Shown here: positions 26,801 through 39,752 of the stretch, in pieces | Position numbering within the stretch: position 1 is the stretch's first letter | Layout of the letters: each line of letters opens with the position of its first letter | Assembly (NCBI GenBank): GCA_951406725.2 | Contig: OX597814.1 | Span: forward strand, 135,842,001 to 135,906,000 | Origin: Octopus vulgaris | Taxonomy: Eukaryota | DNA: 64,000 nt | Reading direction: 5' to 3' | Notes under the pieces: model-generated | Told to the model about the DNA's origin: nothing | Seen by the model: the letters and a program-made list of their open reading frames with translations, nothing else | The model's database searches: none | Position numbers and translations under genes: made by a program

Positions 26801-26957
26801 ACATAAAATAGTGACAATATAATAGAAAATACTGAACTAAAACAAACACACTGTAAATAAATTACATGGTACTTTGTAATGTAATGAAAGTAAGCAATAA
26901 AAACAAGACTACTGAATAAAAATGATAGTAATAATAATGATGATGATAATGATACTA

Positions 26958-27810
26958 TGCAGTACCAGGCAGTGACTTTCATGGCTTCTGATCTTAACTG
27001 ATTGGAAGTGTTATCATGTACATTGTTTTGTCTTGGTATAAAAGATGGGCTACAGCAAATATTCTGCTCAATACCACAGATTTGCTTGTCAGTTGTTTGA
27101 CCTTAACCAGTTGAGCATGTCTCTTAGTGGCTGACGATATGTGCATCTCAGGTCACGAGCAGAAGTAGTGGGGGAGCATCATAGCCATGTGTTGAAAGGG
27201 ATTCTTTGGTGTTTAGATAATTCACCTTTGGAAGCATGGGTGTTTTGTTCATCATTCTTAAACAACCCTTATTCAGGGACCTTTTGAGTAGGATGGTCTA
27301 CTCGACCTGAAGAAAATTCTAACTGGCATGGGTTGGACAGTTTGACTGAGGACTGGTGAGCCAGATGGCTGCACCAGGCTCCAAACACATCTGGCAGAGT
27401 TTCTACAGCTGGATGCCCTTCCTAACACCAACCACTCTGAGAGTGTAGTGGGTACTTTTATGTGCCAGTGGCACGAGGGCCAGTTAGGTGGTACTGGCAA
27501 CAGTCATGCTCAAATGGTGTTTTTTACATGCCACCTGCACAGGAGCCAGTCCAGCGGCACTGGCAATGACCTTGCTCGAATGTTGTTTTTCACATGCGAC
27601 CGGCTCAAGAGCCAGTAAGGCGACACTGGTAATGATCACCTGCAAGATCATCTGCTTTTCTTGATATGAGATCACTATGTCATGCACATATGGTTGTGAT
27701 GCATGTGCCTGGTGTACCCTTATCAGATTGGTAGTCATGATGGGTATACTGGGTTTTGTATATTTTACCCCAGTGTCACTTTGATGGCATGCACTGCTCT
27801 CTCACATATT
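26958..27810 (-). mobile_element. Non-coding interspersed repeat flanked by (TAA)-rich tracts, interrupted by a 320-bp insertion
   Basis: Higher-complexity block between aat-rich tracts; continuity ttctaactgg|...|cacctgcaag across the insertion; family not assignable here. Confidence 0.5.
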
Positions 27811-28045
27811 AATAAGGAATAATAAAAATAATAACCCTTTCTGATATAAGCACAAGGCCCGAAATTTTTAATGAGGGGTCTAGTTGATTACATTGACCTT
27901 AGCATATGACTGGCACTTATTTAATTATTTTATCAACCCTGAAAGTCAGCCTTGGTGGAGTTTGAACTCAGAAATATAAAGAACCAGAAGAAATGGTTGC
28001 TGAGCATTTTGTCTGACGTATTAACAATTCTGCCAGTATCTGCCT

Positions 28046-28111
<66 letters not shown>

Positions 28112-28775
28112 CGCCGCCATCACTGTCGTGGTCGTTGTCCTTGCTGCCGCCGCAGCCACCGCCACTGCTACTACAAATTATAGTAATGATAGTAACAAAA
28201 ACAACAATGCATTTTCCTTTTATATTTCATCTCTGTATTTCTATAGAAAGCTTCATATCTTCTAACTTCCTTCTTCCTCCATGCATCCAGCAATGGTAAT
28301 TGGGAAATTTGCTCCTGACAATAGAAACTGTTCAGCTCTACATCCATTTAAGTGTCCATCTTTCATTAGGGACACTTAAAAAGAATGTACACTCTACTTA
28401 TCTTCATCGAAAATATACGTATCTTATCAGCTAGCTGTCATTTTTCTCACCATTTACAGGCATCTATTGGAAATAAAGAAAAGAAGTTCATTGTTTTGGC
28501 AAAAGCACATAAAACTGGTCAAGATATAAAGCTCTTCTTTTTCTATTAATCTATTTATTATATCATAGCTGAAAAGGGCCAAGAAATTTTCTTTTTCTTT
28601 CTTACTCTGTTTTCTATTTTTCCTTTTGATATTTTTATCACATGCCAATATCATATGAGCAATTCATTTTGTTACAAATTTTGTTATTTTGATTCAGATC
28701 CAAATGATTGATGAAGAGAGATTAAGAGGTCATAGATGATTCTTTCTCTCCAGAGAGAGGGGTAGATAGATAGAT

Positions 28776-28854
<79 letters not shown>

Positions 28855-29409
28855 CTGAGTGAGAGTACTATAGTAGAATAGTGTGAAGCCTAAAGTGTTG
28901 GAGTTCATAGATGTGAGGTTAAGATGTTCATTTTACAACCATATTATTTCAGGTTCAATCCTAATGCATGGCACCTTGAGCAAGTATCTTTTATTATAAC
29001 ATTGGGTTGATCAATAACTCATTAGTGAAATTACTTAAACTGTACAAAAGTAATTGTACATACATACATACATACATACATACATACATACATACATACA
29101 TACATGCATACATACATACACCAGCCACATGGTTCTGGGTTCAGTCTCACTGTGTGATAGCTTGGGTAAGTGTCTTCTACTATCAGGTCATCATCGTTAC
29201 TGTGCTGGGCAAAATACTTAGTAGTATTTTGTTTCTCTTTACGTTCTGAGTTCAAATTCTGCTGAGGTCAGCTTTGCCTTTCATCCTTTCAGGGTTGATG
29301 AAATAAGTACTAGTTGAGCACTGGGGTTGATGTAAATGATTTGCATCTTTCCCTGAAATTTCTGGCCTTGTGCCAAAATTTGAAACCACTATTTTTGTTG
29401 TTATTTAAC

Positions 29410-29910
29410 TTGACTCAGGTTTGGTATTATTCCTGGTAGGATTTATGAGGGTAGCAGGTTACTACCTGTAACTACAGGTATCCACAAGTTTTCAGCAGTC
29501 TTTCAAGTGCTTAGAACCCTTCTGATAATCATTGCTGTCTCTGAGAGTCAAACCTTCTGTAGGAGCTCTACAGGGTATTCTATTCCAGTCTCTTTCAGCT
29601 GTTTATCTATATCTTTGCTTACTGTTCCCAACGCACTAATTATTATAGGGCATGACCTTGATAGTTCTCATACTCCAAACTTTTCCTATTTCAATATTTA
29701 AGGGATTGTATTGTTTTAGCTTTTCTTCCTCTTTCTTTTCAATCCTGGAATCAAAAAGGCATGATGGGTTGATTAGTAAGCAACTTCGCTTTTCCTTATC
29801 TATTGTTATGTCCAGTCTATTATTTTCTAACTTCTTGTCCGTTTGAATAGGAAAGTCCCATAAAATCTTACATTTTTCTGACTCAAGTACTCTTTTGACA
29901 CAATTTTATA
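29410..29910 (-). mobile_element. R4/Dong-type LINE 3' end (restriction-like endonuclease)
   Basis: Minus strand reads KILWDFPIQTDKKLENNRLDI...SRIEKKEEEKLKQY...ALGTVSK...LLQK...IIRRVL; adjoins (TAA)n. Confidence 0.85.
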
Positions 29911-29921
29911 TCATCATCATC

Positions 29922-29959
<38 letters not shown>

Positions 29960-32167
29960 CATCATTGTTATTGTTATTATTATTATTATTATTATTGTTA
30001 TTATTATCATTATTTTTATCATTATTATTATTGGTTTGTTTGTTTGACATAAGTAGGTATGTGAGTTATTGCTCTGCAAAATTTGGATATTTACCAAGCA
30101 TAGCTGAAGGAATAATAAACAAAACGTTTATTTTAAGATATTTACTTTTGAGAATTCTTCTAGAATATTATGGACTTCTCTTATACTGGGTGAGAAACAA
30201 GGCTTGCTGTTTTTTTTAATCTTTTAAACATCACTTTTTATTGTGTTTACATTCAGCTCAAGATGGCTACAAGACATAAAAACATGCCCATGTAATTCAA
30301 CTGAATGTGAGCATAGCATAAAAAAACAAAAAATATAGAAAAACTAAAAGAAAAATATTAAAATATTTCAGATGCTGTAAAAAATGATCACTCTTTGATA
30401 AGAAGCAGCAATTTTAACTCGAACATTTACAACAATAAACCAAACAACAACATCAAAAACAATATACACATATGCACGCATGCACGCACTCATGTGCGCG
30501 CACACACACACACACATTTTGCCAAACAAAAATAATACTGAAACTTTTTTAATATCAACAACAAATATAGAAATGTAGCTTTGTATCTTGATAATGCTTC
30601 CAGCAACAAAGAAATTCTATATGTGAGCTATTTAACTGAAAGAACTGTTTGGCAGTATTGTGTAACTGAAACAAATACGTTTTTGCTTGAAGCTATCACA
30701 CAAGTGTGAGAGAGGATGGAGGTGACTTGTTTGTACATTTTCAAAGCTGGAGAAAGCTCTGGTCAATGTGTGGAGTGAAATTGCCTTTCTAGGGACAGGG
30801 CTGATTATCTTGTTTTAAACTGGGGATGATGTAATGAGACAAATCAAGCAAGTGCATCACATATGTACCCATCAGCTATTCTCCGCCACAAAGATATATG
30901 AAATATAAAGATACAAAGGACACTGAGAAAGATATTAAAGATGATGTAGGATCTTGACTGCCATTTTTGTGGTACAAAATAGACTAATGGTAAGTATTGA
31001 TTTGAGCATTAATGAAATACTGGGCCTCCGTAGATAAATCAGTCTGGATGACATCTGAAGATCTCAAAATGATTCCAGAATTGTACCCTGTAGCAGGTGT
31101 AGAAGAAAGGGCTTTAAACCTTGCAGTGCAGAGTAGAAAGCTCAGTTGCTACACATATGGCAGTAAGAGTCATGTAAGAGCTTTCAACTCAGAAAAGTTG
31201 GAGTATTTGAAAGCAAAGAATCAATGCAGATAGCAACAGTAAGACTAGGCCACAAGGCTGCTGTTTACAAGACACAAGTTACAACTCTGCAAACTAGAGA
31301 GAAGATTTGCCTCACCCTCAGTCTCAGGAATCTGACCAAGAAGTCAGTAACTAAGAATTTTACAAGGAAGAAGTTCCTCCCTTCCAGTTATGCTCTTCCA
31401 TCTTCTTGTGATGATGGGATAAGATTGGAGAAACGTAGCAAGCTGTTGGGGTGGTCAGAAAAATATAAGAGTGAGGACAAAAGTAAGGGCCAAGTAGAAG
31501 TCATGTAAGGCTCAAGAAAAGAAGACTCATACATCTTCTTCATCATCTCTTACTTGCTCTCTTCATCCCTTTCCCTTTTCTCCTCTCTCCTTTCAACTGG
31601 ATAATTACATATCTCCTCTATTGCAAGACACCTGTTTATGCCCCCTACCATATTCTAACCTATCACCACCTGGCATGAAGCCACCGGCCTCAATACAACT
31701 TTACACTCAGTTGGGGAGTCTTGTCTTGCAAGTTACTTGGTAACCTCATTGGTGTTGGTGCCATGCAAAAAGCACCCAGTATGCTCTGTAAAGTGGTTGG
31801 CATTAGAAAGTGCACCCAGCTGTAGAAACCAGGCCAAACCAGACAGTAGAGCTTGGTGCAGTCCTCTGGCTTGCTAGCTCCTTTCACACTGTGCAACTCA
31901 TGCCAGCATGAAAAATGGATGTTAAATGATGATGATAATCATTCATCAACATCATCATCATAATTGGTGGTGAGCAAGCAAAGCTGTTACCATGCCAGGC
32001 AAAATGCTTTGGCAGCATTCATCTGTTTTTACATTCTGAGATTGACTTTGCCTTTGATCCTTTCAGGGTCAATAAAATAAGTACCACCAGTTGAGCACTG
32101 GGGTCAATGTAATCAACTTATTCCCTCCCTACAAATTTCTAGCCTTGTGCCAAAATGTGAAACCATC

Positions 32168-32276
<109 letters not shown>

Positions 32277-33284
32277 CAGAGAGAAAAGTAAGTTAAATGT
32301 AAAAATAAATGCGATCGAAAACAGAGAGTAAAGAAACAAACCTGATGTGAATAAATATTTCTATATCAAATCTGTTTTATTGGAAAAAGATGGAAGTTGA
32401 AGAAAATAACGCCTCCTCAGGAAATGAATAATTCTTATGAAATATTTCTACCTTTTTATGATAAAAATAACCTTAACATTATGAAGAAAAATAAAATTTT
32501 TCCAAAGTTTTAAAAACATTTTTAGCAACATGGTATCTAACTACGACATAAAATATATTATGACATTTAGAAGAGATTTTGTAATTCATTTTCAACTTAT
32601 TTAGAATTTCTTTAGCTGCAGTACAGATTTAGAGTTGGTGATTCATATGGTTCAAATTGCATAGCCATCTATAGTAGCTATCACAGTTCCTTTTGGTCCT
32701 AAGTTCTGTACAGAACATATTTTCCTCTCAAACCCTTCATTCCCAGAACAGCTTATCAGACCCACTATCCTGAAATTATGAGTGCAACTCCCTAATTACA
32801 AGGCTATGCACCTTTACATATACAGATATACACACACATATAAATAGGACAGGCTATAATTTAGGATGTTAGCTGACAAAGTAGATACAGTGAGACTGAA
32901 CTCCTAGACTCATGGTTCTGAAATGAATTTCTAACCACAGAGCCATGCCTGCACCTATATATGTATGTAATGATTAAATATAATGATCAATGAAAGTTGG
33001 AGTCATCAATCAGGTCAGGCTAGACAGGTTAAGAGGTGAGTTTAATCTCATAAATTTCCTAGTGCAACAAGCAAGAAGAATAGGCAGCAAACTCGTAGAA
33101 AAATGTCAATTTGGTTTTAAATCCTAGCTCCAAAATTTGGTTGTTATACACATGCACACACACACACGTGGTTAAGAAGCTTGGCCTGCAACCTTGGACA
33201 AATGTATTCTACTATAGACCTGGACTGACCAACTGACAGATATCTTGTGAATGAATTTGGTAGATGGAAACAGAGTGGAAGTTC

Positions 33285-33345
<61 letters not shown>

Positions 33346-34566
33346 CAGGGGTTGGACAAAATAATGGAAACACCTTAAAATTTCAAACAAATTTATTTTA
33401 ATATGGGGCAGGACTGCCTTTGGCAGAAATTAAAGCTTGAATTATTCTATGAGGTATGGACACGTACAAAGTTTGAATTGTTTCCAAAGGTATTTTTGTC
33501 CATTCTTCAACTAAAACACTCTCCAGTTCTTGTAGTGATGATGGTGGAAGATATCGACCCCTTACTTGTTTTTTCTAAATTGCACCATAAATGCTCAATA
33601 ATATTGAGATCTGGGAACTGTGGTGGCCAGATAAGATGTTTAACTTCACTAGAATGTTCCTCGTGCCATTCAGTAAAAACTTTAGCTGTGTTAATTGGTG
33701 CATTATCATCCTGAAAGTTTGCATTTCCCTCTGGAAACAGTTCCGCAACCATAGAATGAATTTGATTAGATAAAATGCTTAAATAGTCTTGACTATTAAA
33801 TTCTGCTATGAGGGGAAACCATTGGGATGGAGGATTTCCAAGATATAGCCTGTGTTTAACAGTTGGAAGAAGGCAGTCTGGGTCAAATGCTTCACACATA
33901 TACTTGGCCAGCATTGGAAATAAGGTAAAGGATGACTCGCCTGAGAAAATAACATTCTTCCACTGCTCTAGGGACTAATTCTGTAGGTTTTTACTCCACT
34001 CAAAATGCTTTGCAATGTTTGTTTTTGAAAGTAGTGGTTTTTTTTATCGCAGCCCTCCTGTGAAATCCGGCTTTGTGCAGCTCTTGGCAAACAGTTTTTG
34101 TGGAAATGGGTTTTTGAGGTGATCATTAAGCTCTGCAGTAATTTTGGGAGCTGTACTTTTGTGATACTTTCTAACAATTCACATAAGAGTTCGACGGCCC
34201 CTATCTGAAAGTTTTAGTTACCTTCCAGAGTTTTGTTTCAACAAGGAGGTTTTTCCCTCTTTTTCAAAGTCTGTCATTACTTTCAAGACTACTTCTTGAT
34301 ACACCAAACATTTCAGCTGTTTTTGTTATGTTAGCACCTGCCATACGAGCACCAACAATTTGACCTTTTTGAGAGTCTGATAGATCTGTCATTTTAATGA
34401 ATTTTAATTAACTTTTTCTGATGATATCTGAAAAGAAACAGCAATTTTAGTAAAGCATATTAAGCAACACTAATAATAAATCAAAAAGCATAAAAATAAA
34501 GAAGCTTTTGATGGTTTTATAGATATTTCAAAATTATGATGCTAGGTGCTTCCATTATTTTGTCCC

Positions 34567-34567
<1 letters not shown>
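33346..34567 (-). mobile_element. Tc1-family DNA transposon, DD36E spacing, ~1.2 kb
   Basis: TIR caggggttggacaaaataatggaaacacct with a partial reciprocal copy at the other end; TA flanks. Confidence 0.9.
33398..34392 (-). pseudogene. Tc1 transposase, frameshifted
   Basis: MTDLSDSQKGQIVGARMAGANITKTAEMFGVSR... FQDDNAP...WPPQFPDLNIIEHLW. Confidence 0.85.
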
Positions 34568-34611
<44 letters not shown>

Positions 34612-35479
34612 CACAGGAGTTGGACAAAATAATGGAAATACCTAGTGTCATAGCATCATAATTTTGAAATATCTATTAAACCGTCATTTATTCTTTGTAA
34701 GCTTAGTACTTATTCTTTTGGTCTCTTTTGCCTAACTGCTAAGCTACGGTGATGCAAACACACCAGCATCGGTTATCAAGCAACACAGACACACAAATAT
34801 ATACACATTGGTAAGTAAGCTTCTCACCACACAGCCATGCCTGCATCTATACCTATAGGTATAAAGGTGTGATCAGAAGATTGTGGTTTTGATTTCCCAG
34901 ATTGGTGATATGTTGTGTTCTTGAGCAAAATACTTCATTTCACATTGCTCCACTCCCACTCAACTGTAAATGAGTAACCCTACAACAGAATGGCTTTCTG
35001 TTCAGAAGGAATGCTGGCCTACCCATCTAGCCAGCTACAATAATGTAAGGAAGTGCATTGTGACTAGCATTATATAACAACATCAAAGAGTTTAGTTGAC
35101 AAAGTGACATAGTGATAACCGCATTGCCATTACCCATCTCCTTGTGGTTCCTAAAAGTAATTTTCTTTTTCCCTCTCTCCCCTTCTATAAAATGTATATA
35201 TATAATTCATGCCATGTTCCCACAGCACTTCTACTTTTGAGGTACTGAGGTATTCAGATTTTTTTACCAATTTTTTCTAGTTGTCTCAGTCTTGGGCTTT
35301 CTTTATACACCCTAATGTTCTCATTCCAGTCCATGTCATGATGCTGTTGAGCCAGTCTTTCTTGTCACCCTCTTCCCCTCCTAACCTTTTCTAATGTGAT
35401 TGTCCTTGCAATGTGTACCAGCTGGAATCAGTGGCCACATACTTACTTGTGCTCTCAAATAATGAAAACATAACATAAT

Positions 35480-36033
35480 GAAAATCAAATAAAAAAAAAA
35501 TCAAATCAAATCAAATCAAACCAAATCAAAATAGATGAACATCAATGGAATTTGTATCCTTGTGGTACCAGTGCCGGTGGCACATAAGAAAACCATCCGA
35601 ATGGGACTGTAGCCAGTACCGCATCGACTGGCCTCCGTGCTGTGGGCACGTAACAAACACCATCCGATTGTGGCCGTTCGCCAGCCTCGTCTGGCACCTG
35701 TGTCGGTGGCACATAAGAAAACACCGAAAACACCATCTGAGCGTGGCCGTCTGCCAGCCTCGTCTGGCACCTGTGTCGGTGGCACATAAAAAACACCATC
35801 CGAGCGTGGCCATCTGCCAGCCTTGTCTGGCACCTGTGTCGGTGGCACATAAAATCACCCACTACACTCTCGGAGTGGTTGGCGTTAGGAAGGGCATCCA
35901 GCTGTAGAAACACTGCCAGATCTGACTGGCCTGGTGCAGCCTTCGGGCTTGCCAGACCCCAGTTGAACCGTCCAACCCATGCTAGCATGGAAAGCGGACG
36001 TTAAACGATGATGATGATGATGATGATGATGAT
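35480..36033 (+). mobile_element. RTE 3'-UTR element with 4-5 units of the ~62-bp repeat
   Basis: aaacaccatccg...gccagcctcgtctggcacctgtgtcggtggcacata repeats, RTE 3' end, (GAT)n. Confidence 0.9.
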
Positions 36034-36299
36034 AACATGTAAAACTGAATATAAAGAGGTGAATTGTAACAGCATCAGCACAACAGCACAGTTAGCAATG
36101 ATAAAAATAAGATCTGGAACGACAAGAACAGTGTGACAAGCAACAAAGCAAGTCTAGTATAATCTGTGATAACTGCCATTGTATTGTATGGTTATATTAT
36201 TAAGTATCATCAGTATCTAAAGTAATTTGAAGACTATAAACTCGAATGAGATCAGAAATGTTTGATAAATGATAGAAAAATAGCGATTTCCACCTAACA

Positions 36300-36540
36300 G
36301 CGTTTCTCAATTTTAGTGCAGTTAACATTGTGATTATTTAATGATCTATGATGTATTCAATCAACTATGATGGCGATTTTGATCTTGATCTTTCTCTCAA
36401 ATTCATTTCCGTCAGTTGTGCTATGTCTATCCAATCAACTATGCTCCGTGTAACAAAGACAGTGATTTTGTCCTAATTGGGTTTCTCTTTCTCAATTTCA
36501 GTGCAGTCGTTGCTATGTCTGCTCAATGAACTATGCTTTG
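36300..36540. repeat. degenerate ~90-bp tandem repeat
   Basis: tctcaatttcagtgcagt and caatcaactatg each recur three times. Confidence 0.55.
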
Positions 36541-38091
36541 TTAATTCCTATGTACATGCCATAAGTCTGTTCAGACTCGATCAGACAACAAAGCTGTTAT
36601 AGCAGTAGTATCAGCAACTACAACAGCAACAACAATAACGAGGTTGGTAAAAGTGTTTGTGCCGATGATGGTATTGGGTGTTGTAGTACTGGTCACAGTA
36701 ATGTTGGTGTGTATAATGATGATAATAATTAGGATGTTGATGATAATGATGATGGCGAGGAAAAGCAAGAGAAAAGAAGAGAAGCTGCAAGATTGAGATG
36801 ATGATGATGGGGTGGGGGGATAGTGTTGGTGTTGGTGCTGGTGCTGGCCTTCTTTGAAAGAAAATTCAGAAACATCTGAAGAGTGGGGCAAGTTATTAAC
36901 GTTTTGCTATTTATTGTAATTGATTCATCAATTTAGGTGCAGGATGAGCCAACTAGATGTTTGCTTGAACTGGTATAAATAGCTGTCAAATCTCCCATAC
37001 GTTGACCCTTTTAAGGTGCAATATGAAGGAGATGTTGAAAAGGAGGAAGGACTCATCAGATAATGTAGTTTTGGATATTAGCATGTTTGTCAGTCAGATA
37101 TGAACACTAAAGGTTTAACTAACATATAAAGGCTTGCCTGCCTACCAATGTATGCAAAAACTGGAACCGGCACACTCTGTGGAAGAAATTTCCATGATTC
37201 AATAGAGAAATGGGGAGCAGCAATGCATTGTGAAGTGCAGAGAGTAAGCTAGGCAAGTAAGACATTTCGATTGTCTACTACATCCATCTCCATCTTCAGT
37301 TGTTTTGACCTGGTCTTGACACTGGATTGAAAACGGTAATCGACAAGAGAATGAAGTTGATAGTGTGCAACTCTCCTTCACTTTAAACAAAGTTACCATT
37401 TGAGCATGGCTGTTGCCAGTACTGCCTAACTGGCCCTCATGCCGGTGGCACATAGAAGCACCCACTACACTCTTGGAGTGGTTGGCGTTAGGAAGGGCAT
37501 CCAGCTGTAGAAACTCTGCCAGATCAGATTGGAGCCGGTGCAGCCATCTGGCTTGCCAGTCCTCAGTCAAACCGTCCAACCCATGCCAGCATGGAAAGTG
37601 GACGCTAAACAATGATGACAATGATGATGATGATGATATATAAATATAAGTATGTTGATGCAAACAAGAAAAATAGAACTCAATATATGAGTATGTATAT
37701 ATTTTTATTGATATTTAGCAGAAGTAGCAGAGTAACTCAAGGTCTGAAAGTTTCATGCATTGGCACTTATATATATAGATGCTTACTGAATTGGCAGACA
37801 GAAACTGAAAGAAGCATGTTGTATACATAAGCATGTTTGTGTATGTGCATGTATGTGTGTGTTGATCCTGTGCATGCATGCGTGTGTGTGTATGTGTGTT
37901 TGTATCTCTTTGTCTTGACAATGCATAATATGTCATACAAAGCAGTGTCATTCATTTCTGATTTTCTGTGAGGACATTTTTGGCAATGGGGAAATATTAT
38001 CTTGCTTTGAAACAGATGAGGGTCAATCCAATCATAGAAAATCTGCCTCAATAAACTCTGTCTGACCCATGCGAGCATAGAAAAGTGGACA

Positions 38092-38281
38092 TTGGCCCTT
38101 TAGTATTTAAATCAACCAGATTCAGATCCAGTCTCTCACACCTACTCAACAATGTCATTCTGAAAATAAGCAATAACATCGTTGAAATCTGGAAGCTACA
38201 AGATAATGCCTGCATAATTCAAAATAACGTGAATATATAAGCATTACATTTGACAAAGTAATCTGAACGCTAAAGGGTTGA
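38092..38281. mobile_element. piggyBac-like MITE (second copy 41140-41363, opposite orientation)
   Basis: Ends ccctttag...ctaaaggg, with TTAA-like flanks in the 41 kb copy. Confidence 0.55.
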
Positions 38282-38833
38282 AATGATGATGACGACAATG
38301 ATAATGATGATGATGATGATGATGATGATGACGACGACGATGACGATGAAAACGACGATGATGACGATGATGTGTGAGATCCTTACAGCATGTGTATATA
38401 ATATGCTGAATGCTTCCTTAAGGAACTTTCTTTCAGCCATAATCTTTTGTCAGTATAGTAACCATAGTAGCAGGTAATCAATTCATTGGTTCTTTGTCCA
38501 GGAAAGAAAAAAAAGTAAAGAAAAAGAAAAACGAAAAAGACAACAAAACGAAACAACAAACAAACAAAAGCAAACTATTCTAAGCTAGCAAGGACTGCTG
38601 TGACAGATATCAAGAATGTGTTATGAGCTATCATTTGACATCACTGAGTTTGCAAGCAACAGCAGCATGACACGTGACCATGGGACATGTGACAGGTGCC
38701 AGCAGACAGCTTGACCAGCATAATACTGTGAATCTGTGTTTGTCAATGTTTGTCAAAAGACTGAAACCAAGTAAAACAGTAGTTCCAGTGGTTAAGAAAC
38801 AAGTAAAACATAGTTCTGTAGTTAAGAAACTCA

Positions 38834-38851
38834 CTGCTGCTGCTGCTGCTG

Positions 38852-38909
<58 letters not shown>

Positions 38910-38928
38910 CACCACCACCACCACCACT

Positions 38929-38972
<44 letters not shown>

Positions 38973-39048
38973 AACTACTACTACTACCACCACCACCACC
39001 ACCACCACCACCACCACCACCACCGCCTCCACCACCACCACCACCACC
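38834..39048. repeat. compound trinucleotide microsatellite (CTG)n(CTA)n(CCA)n
   Basis: Direct reading. Confidence 0.95.
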
Positions 39049-39752
39049 GACTGTCATAATCATAACACCAATAACATTACTGACCCTATTAAGACACTAA
39101 CAACACTGATACAAATAATATAATTACTGTCATGGTGGTGATCGTCAGCATCCCTGTTCCTTTACCTCAATACTCCTTTATTAATACCAGTATATACCAA
39201 TTAATCAATATTCACAGATACCATCTGATGAGTTAGTATTTAAGTGTACAATATATATAAATATTAAACTATTTCTGGATAATTTCTTTTCCTCCCTCTA
39301 TAGTGGTAAAAGTTAGGTATATACTCAAAAGTATTCATAAATTTCTATCCTTTTGTTATAATATTTCAGAAGGCTGATTTTTGCCAATTTTTTTGCAGAT
39401 TTGTATTCTCCATAGCCGAAAACAGGGGTTTGTTTAGAAAAACAAAATTGAATAAAGAAGGAGTGTTTGGGGTGGGGGTACAAAAGGAAGTATTGCAATA
39501 TATATATACTATATATGTATATGTGTGTGGGCGTGCGTGTGGCTGTGTCTGTGTTTGTTCTGCACCACCACTTGACAATCTAGTGTTGGTGTGTTTGTGT
39601 TCCTGTAACTTAGCAGTTCAACAAAAGAGATGGATTGAATAAGTACCAGTCTTGAAAAAAAAAAGTACTGGGGTTGATTTATTTTGCTATGATTCTGCTA
39701 GGTTGTGCCCCAGCATGGCTGTAGTTTAATGTCTGAAATAAGTAAAAGAATA

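Noticed and set aside
30700-31510. ORFs 31012-31508 as a host gene or LINE endonuclease remnant
   Set aside because: No recognisable motifs or convincing splice structure
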